Below are positions 9,916 to 21,210 of a stretch of 64,000 nucleotides of DNA, piece after piece. The first letter of the stretch is position 1, and the number at the start of each line of letters is the position of its first letter. A model generated the notes under the pieces. That model had not been told where the DNA came from. It searched no databases and saw nothing but the letters and a program-made list of their open reading frames with translations. The stretch spans positions 59,536-123,535 of the forward strand of contig JAZLBQ010000003.1 of the NCBI GenBank assembly GCA_045613785.1. The letters run 5' to 3'. The stretch comes from Candidatus Enterousia sp. (GTDB lineage Bacteria; Pseudomonadota; Alphaproteobacteria; Rs-D84). The position numbers and the translations under genes were made by a program.

Positions 9916-10764
9916 ATGACAGAAAATATCGAAAATGTTGACGTTGTTGTTGAGACACCTGTGGAACTGACCGCAGGAGAAATACTGCGTAATGCACGAA
10001 CAACAGGACGTCGTAAACGTGAAATTCCAACAATTTCAAAACAGTTGTGTATCCGTGAAGAATTCTTGGAAGCGTTGGAAAATGGTGATTACAAGGTTAT
10101 TCCAGAACCTGTTTATATTTTGGGATTTGCACGCAATTATGCAATGGAATTGGGGTTGAATCCGGACGAAATCGTCGCAAAAATTAAAAAAGAAATGGGT
10201 TTGGTCGCAGATTGTTCGTCAGATGACGATGACGTGTCGGCTTGTGCAATGCCAAGTATCAAAGAAGAAAGTTGGGTGAAAATTGCTTTTGGTAAGATTT
10301 ACCAATTTATTTATCAAAATTGGATTTGGTTTGCTGGTGCGTTGTTGGCAATCGGATTGATTGTGTTCGCAATCATTATGTTAAAGCCAAGTGCAGAAGA
10401 AGTTGCAGTGCCAGAGACACCTGTGGTGGTAGAATCTGTGATGGCCGAGGCAGAATATAAGTTGCCTGTGCGTGAACGATTCGGTTTGGATAATCGTGAA
10501 AAGGCAGACGTTGTTTTGCAGGCTATTCAGGAATCGTGGGTAAAGATTGAAGATGGTCGTGGAAACACTGTGTTTAGTCGTGTTTTAGTTCCAGGTGATT
10601 TGTATTATGTGCCGGTCGGAAATAAGTATAAAGCGACATTTGGAAATGCTGGCGGTATAGATATTTGGGTAAATGGTGAATTAGCACCAGATGCAGGCCC
10701 AGACCATACAAGAAAAGCAGGAATTTCGTTGGCACCTGATAGTTTAATGGGAAGTAAAAAATAA
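9916..10764 (+). CDS. rodZ: RodZ-like cell shape protein (HTH-TM-DUF4115)
   Basis: HTH with [10 protein letters not shown], central TM, SWV.I.D / GNAGG C-terminal domain. Confidence 0.8.
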   Translation: MTENIENVDVVVETPVELTAGEILRNARTTGRRKREIPTISKQLCIREEFLEALENGDYKVIPEPVYILGFARNYAMELGLNPDEIVAKIKKEMGLVADCSSDDDDVSACAMPSIKEESWVKIAFGKIYQFIYQNWIWFAGALLAIGLIVFAIIMLKPSAEEVAVPETPVVVESVMAEAEYKLPVRERFGLDNREKADVVLQAIQESWVKIEDGRGNTVFSRVLVPGDLYYVPVGNKYKATFGNAGGIDIWVNGELAPDAGPDHTRKAGISLAPDSLMGSKK

Positions 10765-10837
10765 AAAGGTAAGGGCGAAAGGAATTTTCGCCCTTTGTAT
10801 TGAATTTTTTTTCTTGTAAACTATATATTGTAATACT

Positions 10838-13672
10838 ATGGCTAATGTAATTAAAATTCGCGGTGCACGTGAAAATAATCTTAAGAATATTGATTTAGAT
10901 CTGCCAAAAAATAAATTGGTGGTGTTTACTGGCGTATCTGGATCGGGAAAATCGTCGTTGGCTTTTAATACTATTTATGCCGAAGGACAGCGTAGATATG
11001 TTGAATCGCTGTCTAGTTATGCACGTCAGTTCTTGGATATGCAAAAAAAACCAGATGTTGATTTAATTGAAGGATTGGCACCTGCAATTTCAATCGAACA
11101 AAAAACAACATCAAAAAATCCTCGTTCAACAGTCGGAACAGTTACAGAAATTTATGATTATTTGCGTTTGTTGTGGGCAAGAATCGGAGTGCCTCATTCG
11201 CCAGTTACAGGTTTGCCTATTAAATCTCAGACTATTGCAGAAATGGTCGAGTGGACAATGAAAATTCCGTCAGGGGTCAAGATTTTCATCTTGGCACCGT
11301 TGGTTCGTGAACGCAAAGGCGAATACAGAAAAGAATTGGCTTTCTTGGTAAAGCAAGGGTATCAGCGTGCAATTATTGATGGCGAATTGGTTGATTTGTC
11401 CGCTGTTCAGCCATTGGATAAAAATAAAAAACACAATATATTTGTTGTTGTTGATAGATTGCAAATGCCGGCTGATGGTGCAGATGTAGAAGATTTTAGA
11501 AGTCGCTTGTATTCTTCGTTTGAAGGTTCGTTGCGATTGGTGCCAGGGGCTGTTTTGGTGCGTCGATTGGATACAAACGAAGATACGTTATATTCGCAAA
11601 GTTATGCCTGTCCGGTTAGTGGATTTACAGTGCCTAAAATCGAACCTAGATTATTTTCTTTTAATGCACCAATGGGGGCGTGTCAAAATTGTGATGGCCT
11701 AGGTGTGCAGTTGAATATGTCGCCTGATTTGGTCGTGCCAGATCCATCAAAATCAATTCTGGGTGGTGCGATTGCACCTTGGTCACGTGGTGGTATGCTA
11801 AGTCAGTTCGAAAACTTGTTAGAAGCGTTGCATAAAAAGTTCAAAATCCCATTATCGAAGCCGTGGTATGCGTTGACCGAAGAACAGAAGAATCTGGTCT
11901 TGTATGGCAGTGGTGATGAGCCAATAAAAATAAACTGGAACGGATTTGTCTATGAAAAACCATACGAAGGCGTTATCCCAAATATTGAACGACGCTGGCG
12001 TGAGTCTGAATCAGAGGCGATGCGTAATGAACTGGCAAAGTATCAGTCTGAAAAGCCGTGCCCAGTTTGTCATGGAAAACGACTGAATATTCACGCACTG
12101 TGTGTGAAAATAAATAACGCAGACATTATGGATGTGTGTGAATTGTCTGTTGATGACTGTTTGGAATGGTTTAGAGATTTGCCAAATCATTTAACGCAAA
12201 AAGAAAATGATATTGCACGGATTGTCTTGCGTGAGATTACAGATAGATTGTATTTCTTGCAAAATGTGGGGTTGGGGTATTTGACTTTATCTCGTATGGC
12301 AGGAACATTGTCGGGTGGCGAAGCACAGCGTATCCGTTTGGCGTCGCAAATTGGTAGTGGCTTGTCGGGGGTATTGTATGTCTTGGATGAACCGTCAATC
12401 GGATTGCATCAGGCAGATAATGACAAGTTGTTAGAAACATTGAAAATGCTGCGAGATAAGGACAATACTGTTATTGTTGTAGAACATGACGAAGATGCAA
12501 TGCGTGCGGCTGATTATTTGGTGGATATTGGACGTGGTGCAGGTGTAAACGGTGGAAATGTTATAGCAGCAGGAACTCCGGCTAGCGTTATAAAAAATAA
12601 AAATTCAATTACAGGGCAGTATTTGTCTGGTGCAAGAAAGATTCCTGTGCCGGCAAAGCGTCGTGAAGGTAATGGTAAGGTTATTAGTGTCATTGGGGCG
12701 CGTGAAAATAATTTGAAAAATGTGTCAGTTGATTTTCCGCTTGGAAAATTCGTGGCTTTGACCGGAGTGTCAGGGTCTGGAAAATCGACGTTGTTGTTAA
12801 ATACTTTATATCCTGCATTGATGCGTGCGTTGTATAATTCAAAGCTGGAAGCAGGGGCACACGATATTATCAAGGGGATGGAAAGCGTTGACAAGGTTGT
12901 TGATATTGATCAGTCGCCTATTGGACGAACCCCACGTAGTAATCCTGCGACTTATACTGGTGTGTTCAGTGATATTCGTGATTTCTTTGCTGCATTGCCA
13001 GAGGCTAAGGCTCGTGGATATACATCAGGGCGATTCTCGTTTAACGTCAAGGGCGGACGCTGTGAGGCCTGCCAGGGTGATGGGCAGATAAAGATTGAAA
13101 TGAACTTCTTGGCAGATGTATATGTTGAATGCGATTGCTGTCATGGAACACGATATAACGAAGAAACGTTGGCGGTTAAATACAAGGGAAAATCAATCGC
13201 TGATGTTCTAAATATGACGGTTGCAGAAGCATATAGATTCTTTGTAAATGTTCCAAAAATCGCACGTAAGTTAGAATTGTTAAGACGTGTTGGGTTGGAT
13301 TATATCAAGTTAGGGCAAAGTTCGCTGGATTTGTCCGGAGGTGAGGCACAGCGTATAAAACTGTCCAAAGAATTGGCAGCACGTAGCACAGGTCAGACAA
13401 TTTATATCTTGGACGAACCAACAACAGGATTGCATTTTGAAGATATAAAGATGTTGCTGTCTGTTCTGCACGAGCTGGTAGAACAGGGAAATACAGTGAT
13501 TGTGATTGAACATAATCTGGAGGTCATTAAAACCGCAGACTGGATTATAGATTTAGGACCAAATGGTGGTGCAGGTGGTGGAAATATTATCGCTACAGGA
13601 ACACCAGAAATGGTTGCAAGTGTGCCAGAATCAAAAACAGGAAAATATTTAAAGAAGTATCTGGACAAATAA
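10838..13672 (+). CDS. uvrA: Excinuclease ABC subunit A
   Basis: GARENNLKN, two ABC cassettes ([16 protein letters not shown]), zinc fingers; 944 aa. Confidence 0.98.
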   Translation: MANVIKIRGARENNLKNIDLDLPKNKLVVFTGVSGSGKSSLAFNTIYAEGQRRYVESLSSYARQFLDMQKKPDVDLIEGLAPAISIEQKTTSKNPRSTVGTVTEIYDYLRLLWARIGVPHSPVTGLPIKSQTIAEMVEWTMKIPSGVKIFILAPLVRERKGEYRKELAFLVKQGYQRAIIDGELVDLSAVQPLDKNKKHNIFVVVDRLQMPADGADVEDFRSRLYSSFEGSLRLVPGAVLVRRLDTNEDTLYSQSYACPVSGFTVPKIEPRLFSFNAPMGACQNCDGLGVQLNMSPDLVVPDPSKSILGGAIAPWSRGGMLSQFENLLEALHKKFKIPLSKPWYALTEEQKNLVLYGSGDEPIKINWNGFVYEKPYEGVIPNIERRWRESESEAMRNELAKYQSEKPCPVCHGKRLNIHALCVKINNADIMDVCELSVDDCLEWFRDLPNHLTQKENDIARIVLREITDRLYFLQNVGLGYLTLSRMAGTLSGGEAQRIRLASQIGSGLSGVLYVLDEPSIGLHQADNDKLLETLKMLRDKDNTVIVVEHDEDAMRAADYLVDIGRGAGVNGGNVIAAGTPASVIKNKNSITGQYLSGARKIPVPAKRREGNGKVISVIGARENNLKNVSVDFPLGKFVALTGVSGSGKSTLLLNTLYPALMRALYNSKLEAGAHDIIKGMESVDKVVDIDQSPIGRTPRSNPATYTGVFSDIRDFFAALPEAKARGYTSGRFSFNVKGGRCEACQGDGQIKIEMNFLADVYVECDCCHGTRYNEETLAVKYKGKSIADVLNMTVAEAYRFFVNVPKIARKLELLRRVGLDYIKLGQSSLDLSGGEAQRIKLSKELAARSTGQTIYILDEPTTGLHFEDIKMLLSVLHELVEQGNTVIVIEHNLEVIKTADWIIDLGPNGGAGGGNIIATGTPEMVASVPESKTGKYLKKYLDK

Positions 13673-13711
13673 AGAAAAGCAAATAAAATAAAAGGGCAAA
13701 AAGGAGTAAGT

Positions 13712-14242
13712 ATGTTCGGTTTTGGAAAAAAGAAAGATAAAGCACAGCAGAATAATTTTACAGAGGCAGATGTCAAGGCCGCAGAAAAAGATTTGGGTGT
13801 TGATAAGATGCCTTCGGGTATGAAAGAAACTGCTCAGCGTATGATGAGTGGACAGTTTGATATGAACGATATGTTGGCACAGTTAAAGCAGATTAAAAAA
13901 ATGAGTAATTTTAGCGGTCTGTTAAAGATGGTGCCGGGTATGAGCGGTGCTGTATCTGCGATGAAAGAAAAAATCAAAGACGGTAGTGTTGATGCACAGA
14001 TAAAAATACTGGAAGCAATGACACCTGCAGAACGTGCAGAACCAGAAAAGATTTTTGCAAATGCCAAGGCACGTATTGCAGAAACTGCAAAATGCACTGT
14101 GCGTGAAGTAGAACATTTGATAAAGCAATATACAAAAATGAAACAACAAATGGCTATGATTCAGCGTATGGGGGGTATGGAAGCGGTTATGGCTAAAATG
14201 CAAAATGGTGGAATGCCAGGTGTTAAACCACAAGGAAACTAG
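13712..14242 (+). CDS. Stand-alone SRP54/Ffh M-domain-like protein
   Basis: GQFDMNDMLAQLKQIKKM...MVPGM...AMTPAER.EP...RIA...V.EV..LIKQY matches the Ffh M domain; no NG GTPase domain. Confidence 0.75.
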   Translation: MFGFGKKKDKAQQNNFTEADVKAAEKDLGVDKMPSGMKETAQRMMSGQFDMNDMLAQLKQIKKMSNFSGLLKMVPGMSGAVSAMKEKIKDGSVDAQIKILEAMTPAERAEPEKIFANAKARIAETAKCTVREVEHLIKQYTKMKQQMAMIQRMGGMEAVMAKMQNGGMPGVKPQGN

Positions 14243-14257
14243 TAAAGCAGAGGTAAG

Positions 14258-14512
14258 ATGAAAATAACCCAGGTCGTAGAACGTATCTTGGATGTAAAAA
14301 GCGAGATGAAACCACTGTGGCAATATGGTGGCAGAGCGGTCTGTGTTTATACTGTTAAAACTGATGGGGTGCCAGGGCATAATGTTTATGAATTGCCAGC
14401 CCATCGGTTTGATGGAACGCCAAGTCCAGGGAGTTATATGAAATATGTCGCTGACGAACAGGCGTTGAATCATTCGTTCGGTATTTATTGGCGGATTCAA
14501 AAAGAAAGATAG
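14258..14512 (+). CDS. Hypothetical protein (C-terminal QKER)
   Basis: GAGG RBS; fills the gap between neighbouring genes. Confidence 0.65.
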   Translation: MKITQVVERILDVKSEMKPLWQYGGRAVCVYTVKTDGVPGHNVYELPAHRFDGTPSPGSYMKYVADEQALNHSFGIYWRIQKER

Positions 14513-14518
14513 ATAAAT

Positions 14519-15178
14519 ATGAAGATTACAAATAAAAAAATTGCCAGTAAAAAATCTTCGGTCGCTTGGCTGCAACGTCAGGCGACAGATCCATATGTCG
14601 CACGTGCACATAAAGATGGCTATCGTGCAAGGGCGGCGTATAAATTGATAGAAATGGACGAAAAATTTAAGTTTTTGCGTAATGGACAGGTTGTTGTTGA
14701 TTTAGGGGCAGCACCCGGTTCGTGGTCGCAATATATTGCACGAACATATCCAAAGTCCAAGGTTTTTGCGATGGATTTGTTGGAAATTTCTCCGATTGTT
14801 GGTGTTGAAACTTATCAAGGTGATTTCACGTCAGATGAAGCTTTGCACTGGTTAGAGGATAAGTTAGGTTTGCAGCCTGATGAAATCGGGGCAGGGACGG
14901 CAGATGTGATTGTGTCTGATATGGCACCAAATACGGTTGGACATAAAAAGACAGATCATATTCGTCAGATGGTTTTGTTAGAGTATGCTTTTGATTTTGC
15001 GTTGCGTGCATTAAAACCAGGTGGAACATTTGTGTGCAAATCTTTTACAGGTGGAACAACACAGGATTTGTTAAAGCAAATCAAAGAACGGTTTGAGTCC
15101 GTTCATCATATTAAACCGCCTTCTTCACGCAAGGATAGTGTGGAAATGTTTATTGTTGCAATAGGGTTTCGTGGTTAA
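14519..15178 (+). CDS. rlmE: 23S rRNA Um2552 2'-O-methyltransferase
   Basis: DPYV, YRARAAYKL, DLGAAPGSW, SDMAP, KPPSSR. Confidence 0.95.
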   Translation: MKITNKKIASKKSSVAWLQRQATDPYVARAHKDGYRARAAYKLIEMDEKFKFLRNGQVVVDLGAAPGSWSQYIARTYPKSKVFAMDLLEISPIVGVETYQGDFTSDEALHWLEDKLGLQPDEIGAGTADVIVSDMAPNTVGHKKTDHIRQMVLLEYAFDFALRALKPGGTFVCKSFTGGTTQDLLKQIKERFESVHHIKPPSSRKDSVEMFIVAIGFRG

Positions 15179-15203
15179 AAAAACGCCAAAACGGCGTTTT
15201 TTT
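15177..15203. terminator. Bidirectional terminator
   Basis: A-tract-CGCC-AAAAC-GGCG-T-tract between convergent rlmE and rnhA. Confidence 0.75.
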
Positions 15204-15219
15204 ATTTGTTTGTTGAATG

Positions 15220-15648
15220 CTATTTGAAGCTTTCGGCAGCGGTGCGAGCCAGTATATCGACCCGTTCGTTCATTTCATTGCCAGCGTGTCCTTTGACCCA
15301 ATGCCAATGGATTTTTTTTGTTGATGCCAATTCGTCTAGTTTCTGCCACAGGTCTTGATTTTTGACGGGCTTTTTGTCGGCAGTTCGCCAGTTGTTTTTC
15401 TTCCAATTTTTGACCCAGGATAACATACCGTTTTTTACATACTGGCTGTCTGTGTGGATTTCTAGTTCGTTATGACGGGCGGCCGCCGTCAACGCACAGA
15501 TAACCGCTGTTAGTTCCATCCGATTGTTTGTAGTTTCTTTTTCGCCGCCACTGCGTTCGGCTGTATGAACGCCATCAGTTGCAACAAAGCCCCATCCGCC
15601 AGGCCCAGGGTTGCCCAGGCAACTGCCATCTGTCCAAATTTTTAACAT
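15220..15648 (-). CDS. rnhA: Ribonuclease HI
   Basis: TDGSCLGNPGPGG, TNNRMEL, TDSQY, WVKGH, NERVD. Confidence 0.97.
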   Translation of the reverse strand: MLKIWTDGSCLGNPGPGGWGFVATDGVHTAERSGGEKETTNNRMELTAVICALTAAARHNELEIHTDSQYVKNGMLSWVKNWKKNNWRTADKKPVKNQDLWQKLDELASTKKIHWHWVKGHAGNEMNERVDILARTAAESFK

Positions 15649-15684
15649 TTTTATATACGTCCTTTTTGTGATATAATATCACAT

Positions 15685-17463
15685 ATGAACTATAAATCCA
15701 AAGACTTAAAAGAAATGGCGAATGCTGTCCGGGCGTGGGCAGTAAATAGCGTGCGGTTGGCTGGCAGTGGACACGTGGGGATTGTGTTGGGGGCGGCCGA
15801 TATTATAACTGTAATTTATGCAAATTTTTTGCGTCGTGGACGGGACAGATTTGTTATGTCTGCTGGGCATGGCAGTGCGTTGCTTTATTCTGTGTTAAAG
15901 TTGGCGGGATATAATGTTGGAGATTTGAATTCTTTTCGTATGTTAGGCGGATTGCCAGGACATCCAGAATATGGAATTGACGGTGTTGATGCAACCACAG
16001 GACCGTTGGGCTGTGGTGTTGGTAATGCGGTTGGTATGGCGTTGGCAGAAAAAATAAATCGTGCAGATTCGACAATTTATTGTCTGTGTTCCGATGGTGA
16101 TTTGATGGAAGGTGTCGCAAATGAAGCAATCGCTTTTGCAGGACAATATAGGTTAAATAATCTGGTTTTGTTGTGGGACGATAATGGTGTTAGTATCGAT
16201 GGTGCGGCATTGGTTGATTGTGATATTCCGTTGCGAATGATGGCAGCAGGGTGGAAAGTGTTGTCTGTTGATGGTAATGATTTTGTTCAATTAAATCGTG
16301 CGTTGCAGATGGCTAAACGATCTAGACAACCGGTCTTTATACAGTGCAAAACAGAAATTGGTCAGGGGTTGAGTGTTGCAGGAACTAATAAAGCCCACGG
16401 GTTGGCTGTTTCAGACAAGGAATTGATTTTGTTGGTTCAGCAACTGGCAACTCAACAGGGTGATGAATTGTGGCGTAATGTTGCGATGGAACAAGTGGCG
16501 GTTGTTGGTGGCGAAAACAAAAAGGTTTTGCCTAATGCGTCGATGCCTGTCGTTGATGAAAATATTTCAACACGTGAATTGTCTGGGATTTATTTGAACG
16601 AATTGTTAAAGGCTGGTGCCGATATCGTTGGGGGCAGTGCAGACCTGGGGGGCAGCACAAATGTTCGGGTTGAAAAATCACGTGATATTACTGCGAACGA
16701 TTTTTCTGGGAACTATGTGAATTTTGGTGTTCGTGAAAACGCAATGGGGGCGATTATGAACGGTATGGCAATCGCTGGTTTGCGTGTGTATGGTTCGACT
16801 TTCTTGGTGTTTAGTGATTATTTACGACCAAATATCCGATTGGCTGCCTTGTCGGGATTGCCAGTTGTTTATGTGTTTAGTCACGATAGCGTTGCAGTTG
16901 GTGAAGATGGTCCAACGCATCAGCCAATTGAACAATTGCCAGGATTGCGTATGGTGCCAAATTTGAATGTTTTTCGACCTTGTAATGCACCAGAGGTTAT
17001 GTATGCATGGCGGCGTGCCTTGGGCGAAAAAAATACCCCGACGGCGATTGTTTTATCTCGGCAGAAGTTTAAGCAGATTTCGACACCGCTGGGGGCAGAT
17101 TTAAATCGTGGGGCATACGTTATTCGTGCCGCAAAAACAGCACGTGTGTCAGCGACTATTTTAGCAACGGGAAGTGAAGTGCCGTTGGCTGTTTCGGTTG
17201 CTGAAAAGTTGGGGGCAGATGTTCAGGTGGTCTCTGTGATTTCTGTGTCAGATTTTAGAAGCCAAGATGCTGAATATAAACAGCAGATTTTGCAGGGCTT
17301 TGTCGTTGCGATAGAGGCAGCAGCAACAGCACCGTGGTTTGAGTTTGCAGATGCAGTTGTTGGTATTGATTCTTTTGGTGTTTCAGGATCGGGAAGTCGG
17401 GTCTATTCAGAAATGGGATTCGATGCTGATGCAATTGTTGCTGATATAAAAAATAAATTATGA
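15685..17463 (+). CDS. tkt: Transketolase
   Basis: SGH, RDRFVMSAGH, TTGPLG, DGDLMEG, THQPIEQ. Confidence 0.93.
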   Translation: MNYKSKDLKEMANAVRAWAVNSVRLAGSGHVGIVLGAADIITVIYANFLRRGRDRFVMSAGHGSALLYSVLKLAGYNVGDLNSFRMLGGLPGHPEYGIDGVDATTGPLGCGVGNAVGMALAEKINRADSTIYCLCSDGDLMEGVANEAIAFAGQYRLNNLVLLWDDNGVSIDGAALVDCDIPLRMMAAGWKVLSVDGNDFVQLNRALQMAKRSRQPVFIQCKTEIGQGLSVAGTNKAHGLAVSDKELILLVQQLATQQGDELWRNVAMEQVAVVGGENKKVLPNASMPVVDENISTRELSGIYLNELLKAGADIVGGSADLGGSTNVRVEKSRDITANDFSGNYVNFGVRENAMGAIMNGMAIAGLRVYGSTFLVFSDYLRPNIRLAALSGLPVVYVFSHDSVAVGEDGPTHQPIEQLPGLRMVPNLNVFRPCNAPEVMYAWRRALGEKNTPTAIVLSRQKFKQISTPLGADLNRGAYVIRAAKTARVSATILATGSEVPLAVSVAEKLGADVQVVSVISVSDFRSQDAEYKQQILQGFVVAIEAAATAPWFEFADAVVGIDSFGVSGSGSRVYSEMGFDADAIVADIKNKL

Positions 17464-17466
17464 AAA

Positions 17467-18165
17467 ATGTCTGACTATGTTTTTACTTTGTCGTCAGGTG
17501 AAGAAGTGCCAGTGGTTATCACAGGACGACGTGGTGTTCGAAATATTACGTTGCGTCCGAAAAATATTCCAAGACGTGAAATTTGTATTTCAAAACCATG
17601 GTTGGTTTCTGATGCAGCAGCAATTCGGTTCTTGGTTTCAAAGCAAAGTTGGATAGAGTGCATCTTTCAAAAATGTCCAGCTAAGGTTGTGATAAAGCCT
17701 GGTGATGAAATTGAATTCTTGGGGCGGCGTGTGTTGCTGCAACATAATCCAAATGTGCGTTTGAACAAATTTAATGATGATAAATCTGTGTTGGTAATCG
17801 GTGGTTCTGTCGATATGTTTGAACGCAGGGTTCGTGATGTTATAAAAAGTGAATTTTTATCTGTATTAAAGGAAATGGTGCGTAGTGCACCAGGCGATTT
17901 CTGGCCAAAACGTATCGCAATACGTGATACTTCGTCACGTTGGGGCAGTTGTTCATCCAGTGGGACGATGTCTTTTTCGTGGCGTTTGGCGTTTGCACCA
18001 CTGGATGTTATGCGGTATGTCGTTATGCATGAATTAGCACATAAAAAACATATGGATCATTCGCAACAATTTTGGGCAACTGTGCGTGAATTGTATGGCT
18101 TTGGCGTTGAACGTGCAAAGCGTTGGTTGTCGCAAAATGGTGGACAATTACATCAGTATTTTTAA
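17467..18165 (+). CDS. YgjP/DUF45 (M48-like) metallopeptidase family protein
   Basis: RWGSCS, YVVMHELAH, MDHS..FW. Confidence 0.9.
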   Translation: MSDYVFTLSSGEEVPVVITGRRGVRNITLRPKNIPRREICISKPWLVSDAAAIRFLVSKQSWIECIFQKCPAKVVIKPGDEIEFLGRRVLLQHNPNVRLNKFNDDKSVLVIGGSVDMFERRVRDVIKSEFLSVLKEMVRSAPGDFWPKRIAIRDTSSRWGSCSSSGTMSFSWRLAFAPLDVMRYVVMHELAHKKHMDHSQQFWATVRELYGFGVERAKRWLSQNGGQLHQYF

Positions 18166-18225
18166 TCGGATAACGTTCCTGTGGCGTCTTTGTGTGTAAT
18201 GCGTTATTATGTTGGTATATCTTTC

Positions 18226-18329
18226 CGGGATGCAGAACGAATTCAAATTAGCAAAAAAAGCTAACGCCAAGAAACTTCTTTTCTTTCGTTATGTGTATTT
18301 GAATTTTTATGCATCCCGCCTGTTTTTTT
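18226..18329. ncRNA. Candidate structured non-coding RNA
   Basis: Two nested 9-bp perfect stems, internal hairpins and a trailing T7; intergenic. Confidence 0.4.
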
Positions 18330-18512
18330 ATGTTTGTGCTTGAAAAAACAAAAAAAAGTCCTATCATTAGTGGGTAATGCAAAATAAATGTTTTATTTTT
18401 GTTGCTTTCCATCACGCCCATGTGGGCGAATATTAGCATATAAATTTTTTTTGTGGTATAATTGACATTGATAATGTCGTGATTTTTCATAATAACAATA
18501 GGAATAAAAAAG

Positions 18513-19805
18513 ATGGATTTAAAACCAACAAAACCATTGTCGGGATTTATAGAATTGACACCAATTCAACAACGTTGTTTTGATGAATGTGCACAACGTA
18601 TGCAAAAAGTATTAAAAATTGCAGGATTTAGTCATCTGGATTTGCCTGCAATCGAACGTGCAGAAGTTTTGACAGACAAAGATAACTGGGACGAAATTGA
18701 AACACAGATGTTCTTGTTCCAAAAAGGTGATACAAAAATGGGTTTGCGTTATGACGGAACTGTTGGGTTATCACGCTATGTCGCAGGAAATATGAATAAT
18801 TTGGTGTTTCCGTTCAAGGCTTATCAATTTGCAAGAAATTATCGTGGAGAACGTCCACAACGTGGTAGATATCGTGAATTCTATCAGATGGATTTAGATA
18901 TTATGGGGATAAATTCGCTGTCAACAAATTATGATGCGGAAATTGTTGCTACGTTGTCACGTGTGTATGACTCCGTCGCTGAATTTATTGGCCCAACTGT
19001 CGTTCGTGTCGGAAATAGAAAGTTTTGGAATGCTATGTTCGATTATTTAGATTTAAATTCTGAAAAACGTCGTAGTGCATTTGTCTTGGTTGACAAGAAA
19101 GACAAACTGAAAGATTTTGTTGGTGCTTTGACTGAAGAAATTGGAAAGGATGCCGCTGATGAAATCAATAGAGTTTTTGTTGATGGGTATAAGGCTTTTG
19201 CGGGAAAATCCGATGATTTAGATGCTGCGATTGCAGAACTGGATAATTTTATGCAATTGTTAAATGCTATGGGGGTTAAAAACGCAAAAATTGATTTGGG
19301 AATTATGCGTGGTCATGCATACTATACAGGTGTTGTGTTTGAATTCTTTCTGGAAAAGTTCCCTGAATTAGGGGCTGTTGGCGGTGGTGGACGATATGAA
19401 GATTTGGCGTCCAAGTTTTCAAAAACCAAAATAATTGGTGTTGGTGCTGCTGTTGGATTTTCTCGTCTCATGGTTGCGTTGATGGATGAAAATAGAATTG
19501 ATTTGACACAGTTTGAATCGCCAATTGATGTTGCTGTGTTGTGTATGGGAACTGATAATGTAGTGTATTCTATGTCTGTGCTGGGGGCGTTGCGAGATGC
19601 AGGTATTGCATCGGTTGCATATTTGGATGCAGACAAAAAGTTTAAAAATCAAATAGAATATGCTGACAAGATAAAGGCAAAATACAGCATTATTATCGGC
19701 GAAGACGAAGTTAAAAATAATCGTGTGTCGATAAAAAATATGAAAACGGGCGAACAATTGGAAATGACAATTGATTTAGCAGTCGTTTTGGTAAAGGGTG
19801 TATAA
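18513..19805 (+). CDS. hisS: Histidine--tRNA ligase
   Basis: LRYDGT, YRGERPQRGRYREFYQ, RGHAYYTG, GGGRY. Confidence 0.97.
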   Translation: MDLKPTKPLSGFIELTPIQQRCFDECAQRMQKVLKIAGFSHLDLPAIERAEVLTDKDNWDEIETQMFLFQKGDTKMGLRYDGTVGLSRYVAGNMNNLVFPFKAYQFARNYRGERPQRGRYREFYQMDLDIMGINSLSTNYDAEIVATLSRVYDSVAEFIGPTVVRVGNRKFWNAMFDYLDLNSEKRRSAFVLVDKKDKLKDFVGALTEEIGKDAADEINRVFVDGYKAFAGKSDDLDAAIAELDNFMQLLNAMGVKNAKIDLGIMRGHAYYTGVVFEFFLEKFPELGAVGGGGRYEDLASKFSKTKIIGVGAAVGFSRLMVALMDENRIDLTQFESPIDVAVLCMGTDNVVYSMSVLGALRDAGIASVAYLDADKKFKNQIEYADKIKAKYSIIIGEDEVKNNRVSIKNMKTGEQLEMTIDLAVVLVKGV

Positions 19806-19806
19806 G

Positions 19807-20871
19807 ATGATTATTGAACAGAAATTACGTGATATTCAAACTCGTGCGTCTGATATAGAACGTCAGATGAATTCCGGAGATGTGTCTGGTGATGAACTGA
19901 CCAAGTTGTCTAAGGAATATTCACGTCTGGCGGAAATCTTGCCGTTGATAAACGAATACTTTCAGGTCGTTGCAGGCATTGCAGATGCCAAAGAAATGCA
20001 AAATGATGCGGAATTACGTGAAATTGCAAATGAACAGTTGATTGAGCTGAATCATAAATTGCCAGAAATTGAGCGAAATTTGCAAATTGCATTGTTGCCA
20101 CGTGATGATGCTGATGATAACAGTGTGATTATGGAAATTCGTGCAGGCGTTGGTGGTGAAGAATCTGCATTGTTTGCAGGGGATTTGTATAATCAATATA
20201 AATCTTATGCTTTGCGTCAGGGCTGGCGTGTCGAGGTTATCGAAGAAAATGCAACTTCTTTGCGTGGGTATAAAGAAATTGTCTTTAAAATCGACGGGGC
20301 AGGGGCTTATGGTCGTATGAAGTTCGAATCAGGAATTCATCGTGTTCAGCGTGTGCCAGAAACTGAAGCTGGTGGTCGTATTCATACCAGTGCAGCGTCT
20401 GTAGCTGTTATGCCAGAGGCAAAAGATATTGACGTTGTAATCGAAGATAAAGATATTCGTATTGATATTTTCCGTGCGTCTGGTGCAGGTGGTCAACATG
20501 TCAACAAGACAGATAGTGCAATCCGTATCACACACTTTCCGTCAGGGATTGTTGTGACATGCCAAAATGAACGTTCGCAGTTGCAAAATAAAATAGCGGC
20601 TATGTCTGTGTTGCGTTCTAAGTTGTATGAAAAGCAGCGTGAAGAACAGATGAATGCAAGTAATGCTTCTAGAAAAACAATGGTTGGCTCAGGCGACAGA
20701 AGTGAGAAAATCAGAACTTACAATTTTCCAGAACAACGTGTGACAGATCATCGTATAAAACTGACTTTGTATAAGTTAGATGATATTTTGGCTGGTGGTG
20801 CTGGACTTGATGAAATGATTGATGCCTTGATTGCTGCGGATCAGTTGGAACAACTGGCAAATATGGAGTAG
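19807..20871 (+). CDS. prfA: Peptide chain release factor 1
   Basis: GGQ motif and PET (PxT) specificity motif. Confidence 0.97.
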   Translation: MIIEQKLRDIQTRASDIERQMNSGDVSGDELTKLSKEYSRLAEILPLINEYFQVVAGIADAKEMQNDAELREIANEQLIELNHKLPEIERNLQIALLPRDDADDNSVIMEIRAGVGGEESALFAGDLYNQYKSYALRQGWRVEVIEENATSLRGYKEIVFKIDGAGAYGRMKFESGIHRVQRVPETEAGGRIHTSAASVAVMPEAKDIDVVIEDKDIRIDIFRASGAGGQHVNKTDSAIRITHFPSGIVVTCQNERSQLQNKIAAMSVLRSKLYEKQREEQMNASNASRKTMVGSGDRSEKIRTYNFPEQRVTDHRIKLTLYKLDDILAGGAGLDEMIDALIAADQLEQLANME

Positions 20872-20874
20872 CGT

Positions 20875-21165
20875 ATGCGTAGTTTAATGGAAATAAAAAC
20901 TGCTTATGATGTATGTCAGAAGACTTTGAGTGGTAAAACATTTGCGGAATATACACCATATGATAGACGGTTGAGATTTCAGCGAAGTGCTTTACGTAAT
21001 TGTTATGAATCGTATCAGAACTTTGTGTTGCATAAGGCAGAAGTTTTAACCTGGTTGCCAGAAATGGATCAGGCTGGGTCGGATTATCAGGTTGTGGCAA
21101 ATACTTGGCGTTGGTGTTTTGGAATAATTGATAAATTGCCAGTGGAGTTTCAAAGACAGCGTTAA
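20875..21165 (+). CDS. Hypothetical protein (C-terminal QRQR)
   Basis: Directly after prfA, followed by a terminator. Confidence 0.7.
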   Translation: MRSLMEIKTAYDVCQKTLSGKTFAEYTPYDRRLRFQRSALRNCYESYQNFVLHKAEVLTWLPEMDQAGSDYQVVANTWRWCFGIIDKLPVEFQRQR

Positions 21166-21193
21166 AAAAATCCCACAAAGTGGGATTTTTTTT
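21164..21193. terminator. Bidirectional terminator
   Basis: AAAAAAATCCCAC-AAA-GTGGGATTTTTTTT. Confidence 0.8.
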
Positions 21194-21210
21194 GTTCGAT
21201 AGATTTTGGT

